A stretch of DNA of 64,000 nucleotides, taken from sequence record OM319461.1. One strand, 5' to 3'. The notes under the pieces are model-generated. The model had not been told where the DNA came from, searched no databases, and saw nothing but the letters and a program-made list of their open reading frames with translations. Of the stretch, positions 1 through 8,952 are shown piece after piece (position 1 is the stretch's first letter; the number at the start of each line of letters is the position of its first letter). The translations under genes and the position numbers were made by a program.

Positions 1-514
1 CTGTTTCGTCACCATCGACGCGTGTCTGTTCTACAGCACTAGTCAATGGGAAGCCAGGTAAGCTAGTCTGGATGTACTCCCATTTAGTTACCGCAATGCC
101 AGAAGACATCGGAGTTTCTTGTTTAACTACTTCACCAGTTTCTTTGTTGATGTACTGTTTGTAAAGTAGACTTTTGTGCATGCCGTGCATAGTATAGACA
201 ATGATCCATTCTGGGTTAACCGTAACGGTCATGTTGCCACTGATGAACGAATAGTTCTCTGAATCCGTGATTGTAACGTCAGTGATAGTGTCGCCCATGC
301 GAACAACTTCGTCGCCACACTCGCGCTTAATGTTGAAGAAGTCAAGCAGAGACATTTCTTTAAACACACCGTAAACGTCAAGTGTAGTTAGTAGGCTAGA
401 AGACATAAAGCTGTCGAATCTACGTGTACCTAATAGAAGATCCAGTAGGCCTGTTTCTACTTTAGTTGCAGCTAGGAATTCGTTTACTTCTTTTGAAAAT
501 GTTTTAACAGTCAT
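1..514 (-). CDS. hypothetical protein, partial (runs off the left edge)
   Basis: Hand translation from ATG at 514 (MTVKTFSKEVNEFLAATKVETG...) stays open to position 2; a GGAG ribosome-binding site lies upstream. Not in the ORF track. Confidence 0.75.
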   Translation of the reverse strand, partial: MTVKTFSKEVNEFLAATKVETGLLDLLLGTRRFDSFMSSSLLTTLDVYGVFKEMSLLDFFNIKRECGDEVVRMGDTITDVTITDSENYSFISGNMTVTVNPEWIIVYTMHGMHKSLLYKQYINKETGEVVKQETPMSSGIAVTKWEYIQTSLPGFPLTSAVEQTRVDGDET

Positions 515-552
515 GAGAATACTCCGATTAAGATTTAGATAAAAATAATAAG

Positions 553-572
553 GAGGACGATTTAACGTCCTC
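553..572 (-). terminator. hairpin plus U-tract (terminator or leader attenuator)
   Basis: gaggacg-atttaa-cgtcctc 7-bp stem; A-rich run at 540-551 gives a U-tract on the minus strand. Confidence 0.55.
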
Positions 573-581
573 AATCAGTAT

Positions 582-612
582 GGTTATATAGAGATAAAGA
601 TTTCTTAAAACG
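582..612 (-). promoter_or_regulatory. phage early promoter (TTTTAA-N14-TATATAAC)
   Basis: ggttatatagagataaagatttcttaaaacg, closely matching 60930-60960 and 63913-63942; the core resembles the phiKZ early consensus TATATTAC. Confidence 0.7.
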
Positions 613-1138
613 TACCTAAGCACATCCAAAGCTTGTTTTCACCAAGGAACGGATGTTCGTTATCCATCAGGTCGATAACAACGAGTCTCCATTCAACAGA
701 GTAACTACCACCATGGTTGGTTAGTAGGAAATCTAATCGTACTTCCATGCCGGCGTCAAAGTATTCTTTGGCAATGGCCTCTACAATAAAGCTAGGTAGG
801 TCAACATGTCTTTCAATGTACCCGCCTTTCTCTAGTGGAATGGTTTGGTCGTGGCTAATGATAACCTCGTGCATCTCATCGGCATGTTCGATGTAAATGC
901 GGTCAGACGCATACAACTTTGGTTCTTTCGCTTGAGTACCAAAGATTTGTTTTGTTGACCAGATGCAACCGGATGTACACGGAGCTAACTGAATCGTACA
1001 TGTGTGCAGATTGTGTACTAGGCGATGTTCTTTTGTTAGGTCAGAACGTTTAGGAAAAAACATATTTAGCCTCTTTGCTTTGTGGGTTTGAGTTGTCACG
1101 TTTCTTTGAGATTTGGAAGACGGCTTCCACATCCACAT
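605..1138 (-). CDS. hypothetical protein
   Basis: 177-aa ORF; the real start may be the internal MFFPK. Confidence 0.65.
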   Translation of the reverse strand: MWMWKPSSKSQRNVTTQTHKAKRLNMFFPKRSDLTKEHRLVHNLHTCTIQLAPCTSGCIWSTKQIFGTQAKEPKLYASDRIYIEHADEMHEVIISHDQTIPLEKGGYIERHVDLPSFIVEAIAKEYFDAGMEVRLDFLLTNHGGSYSVEWRLVVIDLMDNEHPFLGENKLWMCLGTF

Positions 1139-2118
1139 CTTTTACCATAGAACGACAGTTCGTGAAGAAGCCGCCAGGTAGTGGTTTTAAGTCAACGTAG
1201 AATAAATTGCCGTCTGTAAAATACGGCAAGGCGGTTGGGTCAGTCCAGATAGATTGGCCGAGTACCATCGCTTGTTGGTCGGCTGCACGATAGTATTCTT
1301 CTTCAGTTACCCCATTAAACGGCCCAGGCTTGTCCATATTACGCAATAGACGTAACTCTAGGTCTTTGTTCACATAATGCACAAAACCGTGACATGGGTC
1401 TCCTGGAGCGTCTANGACAACGATCTCNGATTCGTACTTTTGNTTAAAGGTNGAGGTAACTGCACGNAACATTTCTTTNTGNGTACGNACNCGNTTCCAA
1501 TGCTTCTCGCCATCGTNTTCNCNGAGTATCCATTGNTGTTCCATGCCNGCNCGCTTNAAGATNATNNCNGTNCCNNNNGTTGATTCNGATGCNTNNGGNA
1601 NAGTCATNCGAATCTCTAGCNTNGGNTTTGACAATGCNTNGANNANTTCNTCTGTGCGNTACTGAACCCAATGGNACNNTCCAGCNACNCANNTCNCCAT
1701 CAAANTCNGCACACTCTGNAAACATTTTACGNACNTCNATNCCTGNNNNTNCNACCCAGTNCCANTTNTAACTCNCGNTCNANGNCNCACNNNTCNTCAT
1801 ANTGCATATGACATNAGTAAAGTCTTGATCGTACTTGGCATTACGAGGAGCACTGCCAAACAGATACCATTTACGATACCAGAGTGCATCATTGATACCT
1901 TCTAACGTTTGGTCTACATAAGAATGTTTACTCTTTTCCGCAGCCCAAGCTAGATGCTCCAATTCAGAAGTAAATGATTCCATGGTGTACCAAAGCTTTA
2001 TCTGCCAACGAGGAGACGTAACATAAAAGCGTTCAGTTGTTTCTTCGTGTTTGTTCCCCATTGTTACAATCATGTACCCAACGATTAACAAGGTAACAAG
2101 GATAATAATCGTACCCAT
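1050..2118 (-). CDS. membrane-anchored hypothetical protein, probably one gene split by an N-patch frameshift near 1800
   Basis: ORF 1444-2118 starts with a hydrophobic helix (MGTIIILVTLLIVGYMIVTMG) and degrades in the N-rich patch, where the frame of ORF 1050-1790 becomes protein-like. Confidence 0.5.
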
Positions 2119-2121
2119 CTC

Positions 2122-2403
2122 TTAATCCTCCAGATCTGCATATTCTTTGTAGAAATCTGCCAAAGCATCTACCGCTAGCTTTTCTTTTGTCTTTGCCTCT
2201 TCTCTCANNCCNTTGAGGTAGTTGCNCATNCCTTCATCTTCATACGCGATGACANCGATATTAGCCGAGATGTTTTGACANCGTTTACTTGCATTTACTG
2301 CGTCTTGACANAGTTTAATATAGCCTTCCAAAAAGTCAGCAACTATGTAAGCTGGTACATCACTGCGCACGGTACGCATAATGGCTAAGATTGTTTCAAC
2401 CAT
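2122..2403 (-). CDS. hypothetical protein
   Basis: ORF track 2122-2457; likely start MVETILAI at 2403 after an AAGGA site. Confidence 0.65.
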   Translation of the reverse strand: MVETILAIMRTVRSDVPAYIVADFLEGYIKXCQDAVNASKXCQNISANIXVIAYEDEXMXNYLXXXREEAKTKEKLAVDALADFYKEYADLED

Positions 2404-2462
2404 GATGGTTTCCTTAAAAATAAGATAAGAAAAGGATGTGGTTTTACCCACACCCAAATAGA

Positions 2463-2681
2463 TTATGCATTAGCCGTTGCACAGATAGACTCAGGATGAC
2501 GATCTGCATAAACACGACCACGGCGTTTAACTTTGAACTCCACAGTCACATTAGGCATTTCAGAGTCATATGGGATATGTTGCTCTTTGCCCGCGTGACG
2601 AACCGTTACCGGAGTTTTGAAGTTGAATCCACGTAATAGCGGATCTTGATTCGTTGTTGCGTTTTCATATATTACAAACAT
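2463..2681 (-). CDS. hypothetical protein
   Basis: 72-aa ORF packed in the operon. Confidence 0.6.
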   Translation of the reverse strand: MFVIYENATTNQDPLLRGFNFKTPVTVRHAGKEQHIPYDSEMPNVTVEFKVKRRGRVYADRHPESICATANA

Positions 2682-3259
2682 GCTTGGGCTCTCGTGTTAG
2701 AATTAGAACGTACGACGGTTAGTTGAGCATTGTAGCCACCTATAGTAAATGCTTCCCCTGTCATGCGAGAAACAAAAAGATCTACGGGTTTACCGCCCAT
2801 GGTTTTTGCAAAAGCATAGTCCGGGTTGAAGTCGTAGCCAGACATGCTGCCTGCTGGTAACTCATGCAAAGCCCAGCTTAACATTTCCCAGTCATGAGAA
2901 CGTTCACGGAACTCTGCTTCATGTGCAGGGTCTAGCTTGTGCTCGATTGCACCAGTCGCGATTTTGTACATGTGGTGCAAGTAAGTACGTGTTTTACCAA
3001 TAAGACCAGCCATATCCTGTAAAGCACGAATACGACGACCATAGTAACGCTGTGCATTTAAACGATCGTCACGTTTTACCTTTTCCATTGCGACAACAAG
3101 TCCCATGATCTCTTCGAACAATTCGTTAACTTCGATAGGACGACCAGCTTCCACAATCAATGGCAGGTAGCGCTGTTTAATAAAAGACGGTGGATTTGCA
3201 ATGATGTCTTTTACTTCTAGCTTGCGTTTATTTTTAAGATTTACACCTTTGATTTCCAT
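2672..3259 (-). CDS. hypothetical protein
   Basis: 195-aa ORF, GGAG ribosome-binding site, short overlap with neighbour. Confidence 0.75.
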   Translation of the reverse strand: MEIKGVNLKNKRKLEVKDIIANPPSFIKQRYLPLIVEAGRPIEVNELFEEIMGLVVAMEKVKRDDRLNAQRYYGRRIRALQDMAGLIGKTRTYLHHMYKIATGAIEHKLDPAHEAEFRERSHDWEMLSWALHELPAGSMSGYDFNPDYAFAKTMGGKPVDLFVSRMTGEAFTIGGYNAQLTVVRSNSNTRAQACL

Positions 3260-3269
3260 GATACTCTCC

Positions 3270-3926
3270 TTAACCGAAACTTACGTCTTTTGCGTCTGCA
3301 TAGACAGTGATATTGGATTCTTTGGCATCTGGGATAAGAACACCGTAGCCCAAGTCGAAACCGAAACCAGATTTCCAATGACCTTCGCCATGACCACCAC
3401 CACTCTCTGATGTGCTTTTGATCTTGACGTCCTCCATAGAAAGAACAGGGTTACCATCCTTGTCACTGATACTCAAATCGTACTTGCCCTTGGTGCTCAG
3501 GTAAACACGTCCGTGTTCTTTACAGTTGATCTCTGGCGCACCATAGTGACTCTGCACTGTAGCGCCCCATCGAGACGGAGTAAGAGTAAAGCTTACAACC
3601 TCCGGCAGATCCAACGGATCATTTGGACTAATATCGTCCTTGTGCCAACTGTAAATCAATGCGGCATTCGCTGCCAACCATTCTTCGGTGAGCATTGTGG
3701 TAACCTTCTGCCAGTTATCGTCACTTACCGCAAACAAACGAAGAACTCCAGTGTCACCATCAAACACAACAATGGCGCGATGTCGCCCAGCAGGGGCAGC
3801 TACATTAAAGTCGTTACCCATCCATAGGGTTTCTTCGCCAACCTGAACAAACTTACCATGGATTGTGATTTGTTTGCCATACATTGCTTCTAGTTTTGCA
3901 GATGGCAGTTGGTGAATGTGTTTCAT
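3270..3926 (-). CDS. hypothetical protein
   Basis: 218-aa ORF with ATGA-type coupling to the upstream gene. Confidence 0.75.
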   Translation of the reverse strand: MKHIHQLPSAKLEAMYGKQITIHGKFVQVGEETLWMGNDFNVAAPAGRHRAIVVFDGDTGVLRLFAVSDDNWQKVTTMLTEEWLAANAALIYSWHKDDISPNDPLDLPEVVSFTLTPSRWGATVQSHYGAPEINCKEHGRVYLSTKGKYDLSISDKDGNPVLSMEDVKIKSTSESGGGHGEGHWKSGFGFDLGYGVLIPDAKESNITVYADAKDVSFG

Positions 3927-4195
3927 AGGTAGATCTCCAGATCGTTTTGAATGTCTTCGTTAGTCCATGGTTGTTCGGTAAATACATAACCCATAACGTT
4001 AACACGGTGGATACCAGGTACAACAACCAAGTCTTCCTCGGTGTCGACAATTGTCCAGGTATGGGTATAACCCAGCTGAGGAGCTTGACCCATGATCGTT
4101 GTTACCCAACCGTACGTCTTTCCGTCATACTCGAAGAAAGTAGGCGTTGTTGTAGGAATGGGTTTGTACTGTTCTAGGAAGTCATGGAACATCAT
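3923..4195 (-). CDS. conserved phage hypothetical protein
   Basis: 90-aa ORF with motif YKPI...WTIVD...G.HRVN.MGY..TE.PW, recalled from uncharacterised phage proteins. Confidence 0.65.
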   Translation of the reverse strand: MMFHDFLEQYKPIPTTTPTFFEYDGKTYGWVTTIMGQAPQLGYTHTWTIVDTEEDLVVVPGIHRVNVMGYVFTEQPWTNEDIQNDLEIYL

Positions 4196-4719
4196 AACTT
4201 TTTCTCCTCTTCACGTTTACCGAATAGCCACATGTCACCGACATAGCGAGCCAGGTTGTCAGGATGGTTAGGGTCGCAGTTTACACCACCCATAGACCAC
4301 ATTGGGTTTTCTTCATAGTCCACCCATAACTCAGCAGCATTGCGTAACCAGATACCATCAACATGTTCTGTCTCTGGATTAAGTACATGAGAACGAAACT
4401 CTTCGTTATCAGCATACTCGCCATCAAGAGCTTTGCGGATATCACGAACTCGTTGTTCCATTGTACGTTGTTTAACCGGAGCTGGTTCTGGTATACCAAC
4501 AACAAAGTCAAATATATCGCGTTCGCGGTCACGATACATGAAGACTTTAGCTGTACCGTTGGCCATCTCTACATGGATGTGCACCTCGATAGAGCCTGGG
4601 CTGAAAACAGGTACTGCGTATTTCTTACCTGCGATGGTCAATGTCGCTTGATGTAAACGACCACTGCGCTGATGAAGTAACGCATACACCGTATCTGGTT
4701 CTAAATCTTTGATTAACAT
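4192..4719 (-). CDS. hypothetical protein
   Basis: 175-aa ORF, coupled stop/start. Confidence 0.75.
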   Translation of the reverse strand: MLIKDLEPDTVYALLHQRSGRLHQATLTIAGKKYAVPVFSPGSIEVHIHVEMANGTAKVFMYRDRERDIFDFVVGIPEPAPVKQRTMEQRVRDIRKALDGEYADNEEFRSHVLNPETEHVDGIWLRNAAELWVDYEENPMWSMGGVNCDPNHPDNLARYVGDMWLFGKREEEKKL

Positions 4720-4734
4720 AAGATAGTCTCTCTT

Positions 4735-5187
4735 TTAAAGTTCGCCGTGACAATCCGTTGCGATAGGATCGTCTGGCAGCCATTGTGCATAGAGTTCGAC
4801 AAGCAACTCGGAAGCCGGATTCATTGCTGCATTATTGCGCTTAAGTACGTCATAGATTTTCGCACGAGAATCTTGGGCAATCACTGCACGCATCAACGCA
4901 GTCTTTTCTGTATCATCCAGTTTACGTCGATTGCGACGAATGGCATCGTCTAGATAAATCCCCTTGTTGCAATCACCACAGGTAAACCAGCGACCAATCA
5001 TGGCTTCCCAATAGATGCCGCTAATGCCCATGTCATCTGTCAGGATTTGGCCAGTGCGCTCCAGTAAATGGAAACCATTACAATCTGGGCATTTGTAAAG
5101 AATACTTGCACGATGATTTCGCACAGAGTACTTTGGCGGGTGGATGTTTGAAAGCTCCGAACCCAATACACTTCCGATTGGTATCAT
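4735..5187 (-). CDS. zinc-ribbon-containing hypothetical protein
   Basis: Two CxxC pairs (CPDC, CGDC). Confidence 0.6.
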   Translation of the reverse strand: MIPIGSVLGSELSNIHPPKYSVRNHRASILYKCPDCNGFHLLERTGQILTDDMGISGIYWEAMIGRWFTCGDCNKGIYLDDAIRRNRRKLDDTEKTALMRAVIAQDSRAKIYDVLKRNNAAMNPASELLVELYAQWLPDDPIATDCHGEL

Positions 5188-5498
5188 GATAGATATCTCC
5201 CTGCTTGATCTACTTGTGGTAGTTCAAAGCACAATTTAATTTTCTTAACAGTATGATTCATGTCTCTCAACAAGACACCCCATTTTCGAGAATGCTCTGA
5301 GTCAGCAAGTTCCCACTTTAAAACTTCAAGCTCCATATCATGAAGCCGCATATCGATGGCATCTGGTGGCTTAGGTAAGCGCACCAAAACTGAACGATAA
5401 CTTAAAGGAGGAACAGACGTCTCATGTAAAATACGAGACGTCGTGATTAGCATCATCAGATACAATAGTATCCGTGCTCCCATTATTAAGCCACCCAA
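5184..5498 (-). CDS. hypothetical protein
   Basis: 104-aa ORF. Confidence 0.6.
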   Translation of the reverse strand: MGGLIMGARILLYLMMLITTSRILHETSVPPLSYRSVLVRLPKPPDAIDMRLHDMELEVLKWELADSEHSRKWGVLLRDMNHTVKKIKLCFELPQVDQAGRYLS

Positions 5499-5974
5499 GC
5501 CAAAACAGGCTTCTTGATTAGATCAGCAGCAACAAAGCCGGCATGTTCTACCAATGCTTCTTTATCTCCCTCAAGAGCCAACAGGCGATGACGAGACTCT
5601 AGTTCTGTATTGAGTACGAACTTAAGTGGACGGTCTCCCATGTGGCGACGCAGCTTGTTACGAGCTTCTTTTGTAAAGGCAAAAGAGAGCAATGTATTGC
5701 CAGCTTGGTCCATAACAGCGCGCCAGCCATAGGTAGATTCGATGTCACTGAAAATGCTCGCCATGTCTTTAACTGGGATGCCGCTGTTACCTAGGATTCG
5801 AGTCAGTTCTTTAATCGGATGTGCATCTGGAGAAAAGAACCCAACAGGAATAGTGGCCATGTGTACAAAGTCTGACTCGTGTAGGTCAGCAAGCAAAAGT
5901 GTATGGAGAGTAATCTCCAACTCGAACTTGTGTTTTACTTTTGGTTGCTTTAAGTTAACAATAGGGTTTGACAT
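5486..5974 (-). CDS. hypothetical protein
   Basis: 162-aa ORF. Confidence 0.7.
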   Translation of the reverse strand: MSNPIVNLKQPKVKHKFELEITLHTLLLADLHESDFVHMATIPVGFFSPDAHPIKELTRILGNSGIPVKDMASIFSDIESTYGWRAVMDQAGNTLLSFAFTKEARNKLRRHMGDRPLKFVLNTELESRHRLLALEGDKEALVEHAGFVAADLIKKPVLAWVA

Positions 5975-5975
5975 T

Positions 5976-6638
5976 TTAGATTACTCCAGTTGATTTTTGC
6001 CATTGGTCGAAACCAGCTTTAAAGGTAAGCATCTGCACAGGACCTTCATAATCGACAGGAATTGCACAGTCTACGGTTTTACCATTTTGATAGTTAGCGA
6101 CAAATGTACGTGCGGTGTTTTGCATGTTCAATGTGTCACGACAATATGCCTTGACGACATCGAGGTCTTTTACCAATGTTGTACGAGTACCAATCATTGG
6201 GCTGTGGTGTGCAATACGCTGTAGTTGCCAGAACAAACGAGAGAACTGCCAGAAATGCGCTAGGTACTTGTTCTCCAGAGCAATAACAGTACGATCCCAC
6301 TTGAATCCCAATGTTTGTTCTTCCCCACCATCCATAACAACGACGTGCTCGCGCAAGGTACCTTCAGTACGAACGTATGGCTTAAAACAAAAGTCATCGT
6401 CGTTCTCGTCTGCTGGATTGTGAGCAGCCACCATCATACGTGGCTTGAACTCTTCTTCTGCTCGACAGAAATCGATCCATTGACATAACAACGATTTAAC
6501 ACGCTGGATTTCAAAGTCTGTGCGGCGAGTAAGAATAACTTGTTTGTAACCAGACAGTGCGTCAATGGGACACATGCGAATAGGGAAGTCAGTATGTGGC
6601 TCCATCAAGCCAGTTTTAATCTCTAGGTTTGCGGTCAT
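5976..6638 (-). CDS. hypothetical protein
   Basis: 220-aa ORF. Confidence 0.75.
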   Translation of the reverse strand: MTANLEIKTGLMEPHTDFPIRMCPIDALSGYKQVILTRRTDFEIQRVKSLLCQWIDFCRAEEEFKPRMMVAAHNPADENDDDFCFKPYVRTEGTLREHVVVMDGGEEQTLGFKWDRTVIALENKYLAHFWQFSRLFWQLQRIAHHSPMIGTRTTLVKDLDVVKAYCRDTLNMQNTARTFVANYQNGKTVDCAIPVDYEGPVQMLTFKAGFDQWQKSTGVI

Positions 6639-6990
6639 GTAAATAGCCTCTCATTTCAGAAGGTAGGATAACCATACGTGCACATTCTCGTTCATTACAG
6701 ATTACATAATCGTAAACCGTAAATCCAAAAGACGCGTACCATTTTGTTAGGTCATAATCACTAGGACCAGGCTCGCGATTAGAAACCGTCTCAGAACACA
6801 CTGTAAGACGAACAGCAAAGAAGTCATAGGTATCTTCGAGATAAGCGAAGAAAGCGACCATAAGAGACGTACCGTTTCCCTCTTGCCGATGCTCACTATC
6901 AACTATGATTAGATCGAGTTCAACGGTTTTGTCCGATTCGATATACTCATAGTCAATCCATCCGTGCTCGTATTCGAATTTGGATTCCAT
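6616..6990 (-). CDS. GNAT-family N-acetyltransferase
   Basis: Motif A-like LDLIIVDSEHRQEGNGTSLM and motif B-like LTKWYASFGF; likely start MESKFEY at 6990 after GGAG (track ORF 6616-7038). Confidence 0.8.
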   Translation of the reverse strand: MESKFEYEHGWIDYEYIESDKTVELDLIIVDSEHRQEGNGTSLMVAFFAYLEDTYDFFAVRLTVCSETVSNREPGPSDYDLTKWYASFGFTVYDYVICNERECARMVILPSEMRGYLHDRKPRD

Positions 6991-6991
6991 T

Positions 6992-7474
6992 TTAGAATCT
7001 CCGTGGTAACTCGTTTTCTGCAAAAGAGAACGAAACATTTGCCTTGCCTTTTAAATCACTGATTCGTAAATCGCGACGATGACCAGACAAAATGTAGCGG
7101 TTGTTATGCCGCTCTGACTTTGTTACGGACACATCTTCAAATTCACCACTGATCTGAACAGCAAGATAATGATCTATCGTCGGGAGTTCATCTCGGATAG
7201 CTTCAATACCTGCCAGATCCATACGAATATAAACCATCAGGTGAGGTTCAAGATGGATGTAGCTTTGGCCCAGCTTTACTTCTTTTACCTCGTGACCCAT
7301 AAAAGAGTTAAAGGTAAAAGAGTTTTCTGCATGCCACTGTAGATGCTCGGGCACTTCTTTCGAAATACCTCGCAGCAGTGGAAAGCTCAGCCATTCTGTT
7401 TCTGTTGACAATGCATGATCAAAAACTGGTAAAGGGATCATCGACTTGATGACCGTTTTTGCAAGTTCTTCCAT
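6992..7474 (-). CDS. hypothetical protein
   Basis: 160-aa ORF coupled to its neighbours. Confidence 0.7.
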   Translation of the reverse strand: MEELAKTVIKSMIPLPVFDHALSTETEWLSFPLLRGISKEVPEHLQWHAENSFTFNSFMGHEVKEVKLGQSYIHLEPHLMVYIRMDLAGIEAIRDELPTIDHYLAVQISGEFEDVSVTKSERHNNRYILSGHRRDLRISDLKGKANVSFSFAENELPRRF

Positions 7475-8295
7475 TACTTACCTCGACGATTTGTTTTACG
7501 TGCTGCTTTGCGTACTTTACGCTGTTTGCGAATAACTGCCTTTGAACGTTTTGGCTTTGTATCGCGATGACGAATAATTACGGTAGAGTTACCGTCATAG
7601 TCTCCACCAATAGCTTGCCATTCAGGGTAGCAGTCTGTACCGAAACCTTCTGCAATGACTGATGCCGTAATCGCTGTATCTAAATGTCGTGTAGTTCTCA
7701 CTTTACCTACTCCAATATTAACGTGTGGTTTAGTTCTTTCAAATTTCACTGATCTGTCAGCCATGAGTTCTTCTTTGATTTGATTGTCGACCAGCTCTAC
7801 TTCCTCGTCGTCTTCTACGAGTCCGATTTCATCTACTGACTTAGACGTGAGAGAATCAATGACAGTGAAAGGATTTTCGATCTTTGCGATTTCTGCTGTA
7901 ACTAAATAATCGTGGATTTGTTGTAATGCCACTTTGTCTTTTGGACGATCCCATACTTTCTTTTCTTCCACAATCTGCTCGAGACTTTGCACGGCAAGTC
8001 CATCGATATAGACAACCTCTGGTGTTTGTTTCCAACCAAAGCCAAAATCAAAGTCACCGATTTCATAGCGGGTTGTTGTATGTGTAACGCCATTGCTCAC
8101 ATAAGTATCTTCTCTGCGTGACAAAGCATCACCAAGGACAAGAACAACATCTTCGACATAACAATCAATGTCGTTAGTTGTTTCTTTTACGCCGTGCATT
8201 ACCATACTTGTACCATGCAATAAAACAGGTTCAATACCAGGAAATTTTGCTTTAAGTTCTTGTACCTTTTCTACAATTTGCTTTTTGTTAAACAT
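7474..8295 (-). CDS. pol-beta-superfamily nucleotidyltransferase domain fused to an EF-Tu N-terminus-like peptide and a basic tail
   Basis: N-terminal HGTSMVMHG...T.DIDCYV and [12 protein letters not shown] signatures; residues [12 protein letters not shown] at 7711-7746; K/R-rich C-terminus. Confidence 0.7.
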   Translation of the reverse strand: [273 protein letters not shown]

Positions 8296-8331
8296 AATCG
8301 TTACCTTTGTTCAATGATTGATAGTCACCTC

Positions 8332-8361
8332 GGTAATATAGAGATTCTAGTTGGTTGAAAA
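8332..8361 (-). promoter_or_regulatory. phage early promoter (TTTCAA-N14-TATATTAC)
   Basis: The reverse complement contains an exact TATATTAC with TTTCAA at the same spacing as the other copies; it lies directly upstream of the nucleotidyltransferase. Confidence 0.7.
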
Positions 8362-8377
8362 AAAAAATAAAGAGGAA

Positions 8378-8405
8378 CCCCCACCTCCCGAAGGAGGCAG
8401 GGGGG
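8378..8405 (-). terminator. intrinsic terminator, UUCG loop
   Basis: ccccc-a-cctcc-cgaa-ggagg-ca-ggggg, with poly-A at 8358-8371 giving a U-tract on the minus strand. Confidence 0.8.
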
Positions 8406-8413
8406 GGGGGTAG

Positions 8414-8912
8414 TTATTCTGGAACCTGGATGCCATCAACATAGAAGTTATGAGTATACCAGCTATTTGTATTGGCCATGTATANNTTATNGNGCNNTGN
8501 TTCGTTTACNATGTCGANTNCAATAACACGCAANGCNTNNCATTCNTTNNNNGCNNANNNATCGTGNCTTACAATTGCNCGNCTGATNNGNTCNTAGNNC
8601 GGCATNTCGAAAGAAAGATCNTCAACATGCAGGCANCCTTCNNNNTCACGGGAAGAATGTCCAGCCCTCTAAACCGGTTTCTGTTATTACGCCATTGTTC
8701 TCCTCGACAGCTTTCTCGTTTTGATCGTCGTGGTCTGAACTGTACAGTACATTTACCGCTCCGTCCGCCTCCAGCGTAAACAAAACAATTGCTTCGCCGC
8801 ACTGCTGTGCAATGTTCGCGCCAATGAAATTATCTTCGTGGTCGATAACATTTACAGTTGTTTTAGCGTATGGTCCACCATGGCCTGTCTTCTTACAGAT
8901 TTTAACTAGCAT
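8414..8912 (-). CDS. hypothetical protein, probably one gene split in an N patch
   Basis: ORFs 8646-8912 and 8414-8605 flank the N-rich stretch 8480-8650. Confidence 0.5.
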
Positions 8913-8952
8913 TATAATATCTCCTATTGTGTTTTAAATTTGTGATTAATGA

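Noticed and set aside
7640-7760. A functional EF-Tu gene
   Set aside because: Only about 35 residues resemble EF-Tu, the P-loop is missing and no GTPase domain follows.
8401-8410. Poly-G run as a phase-variation site
   Set aside because: It is intergenic and forms the arm of a terminator stem; its length may be a sequencing artefact.
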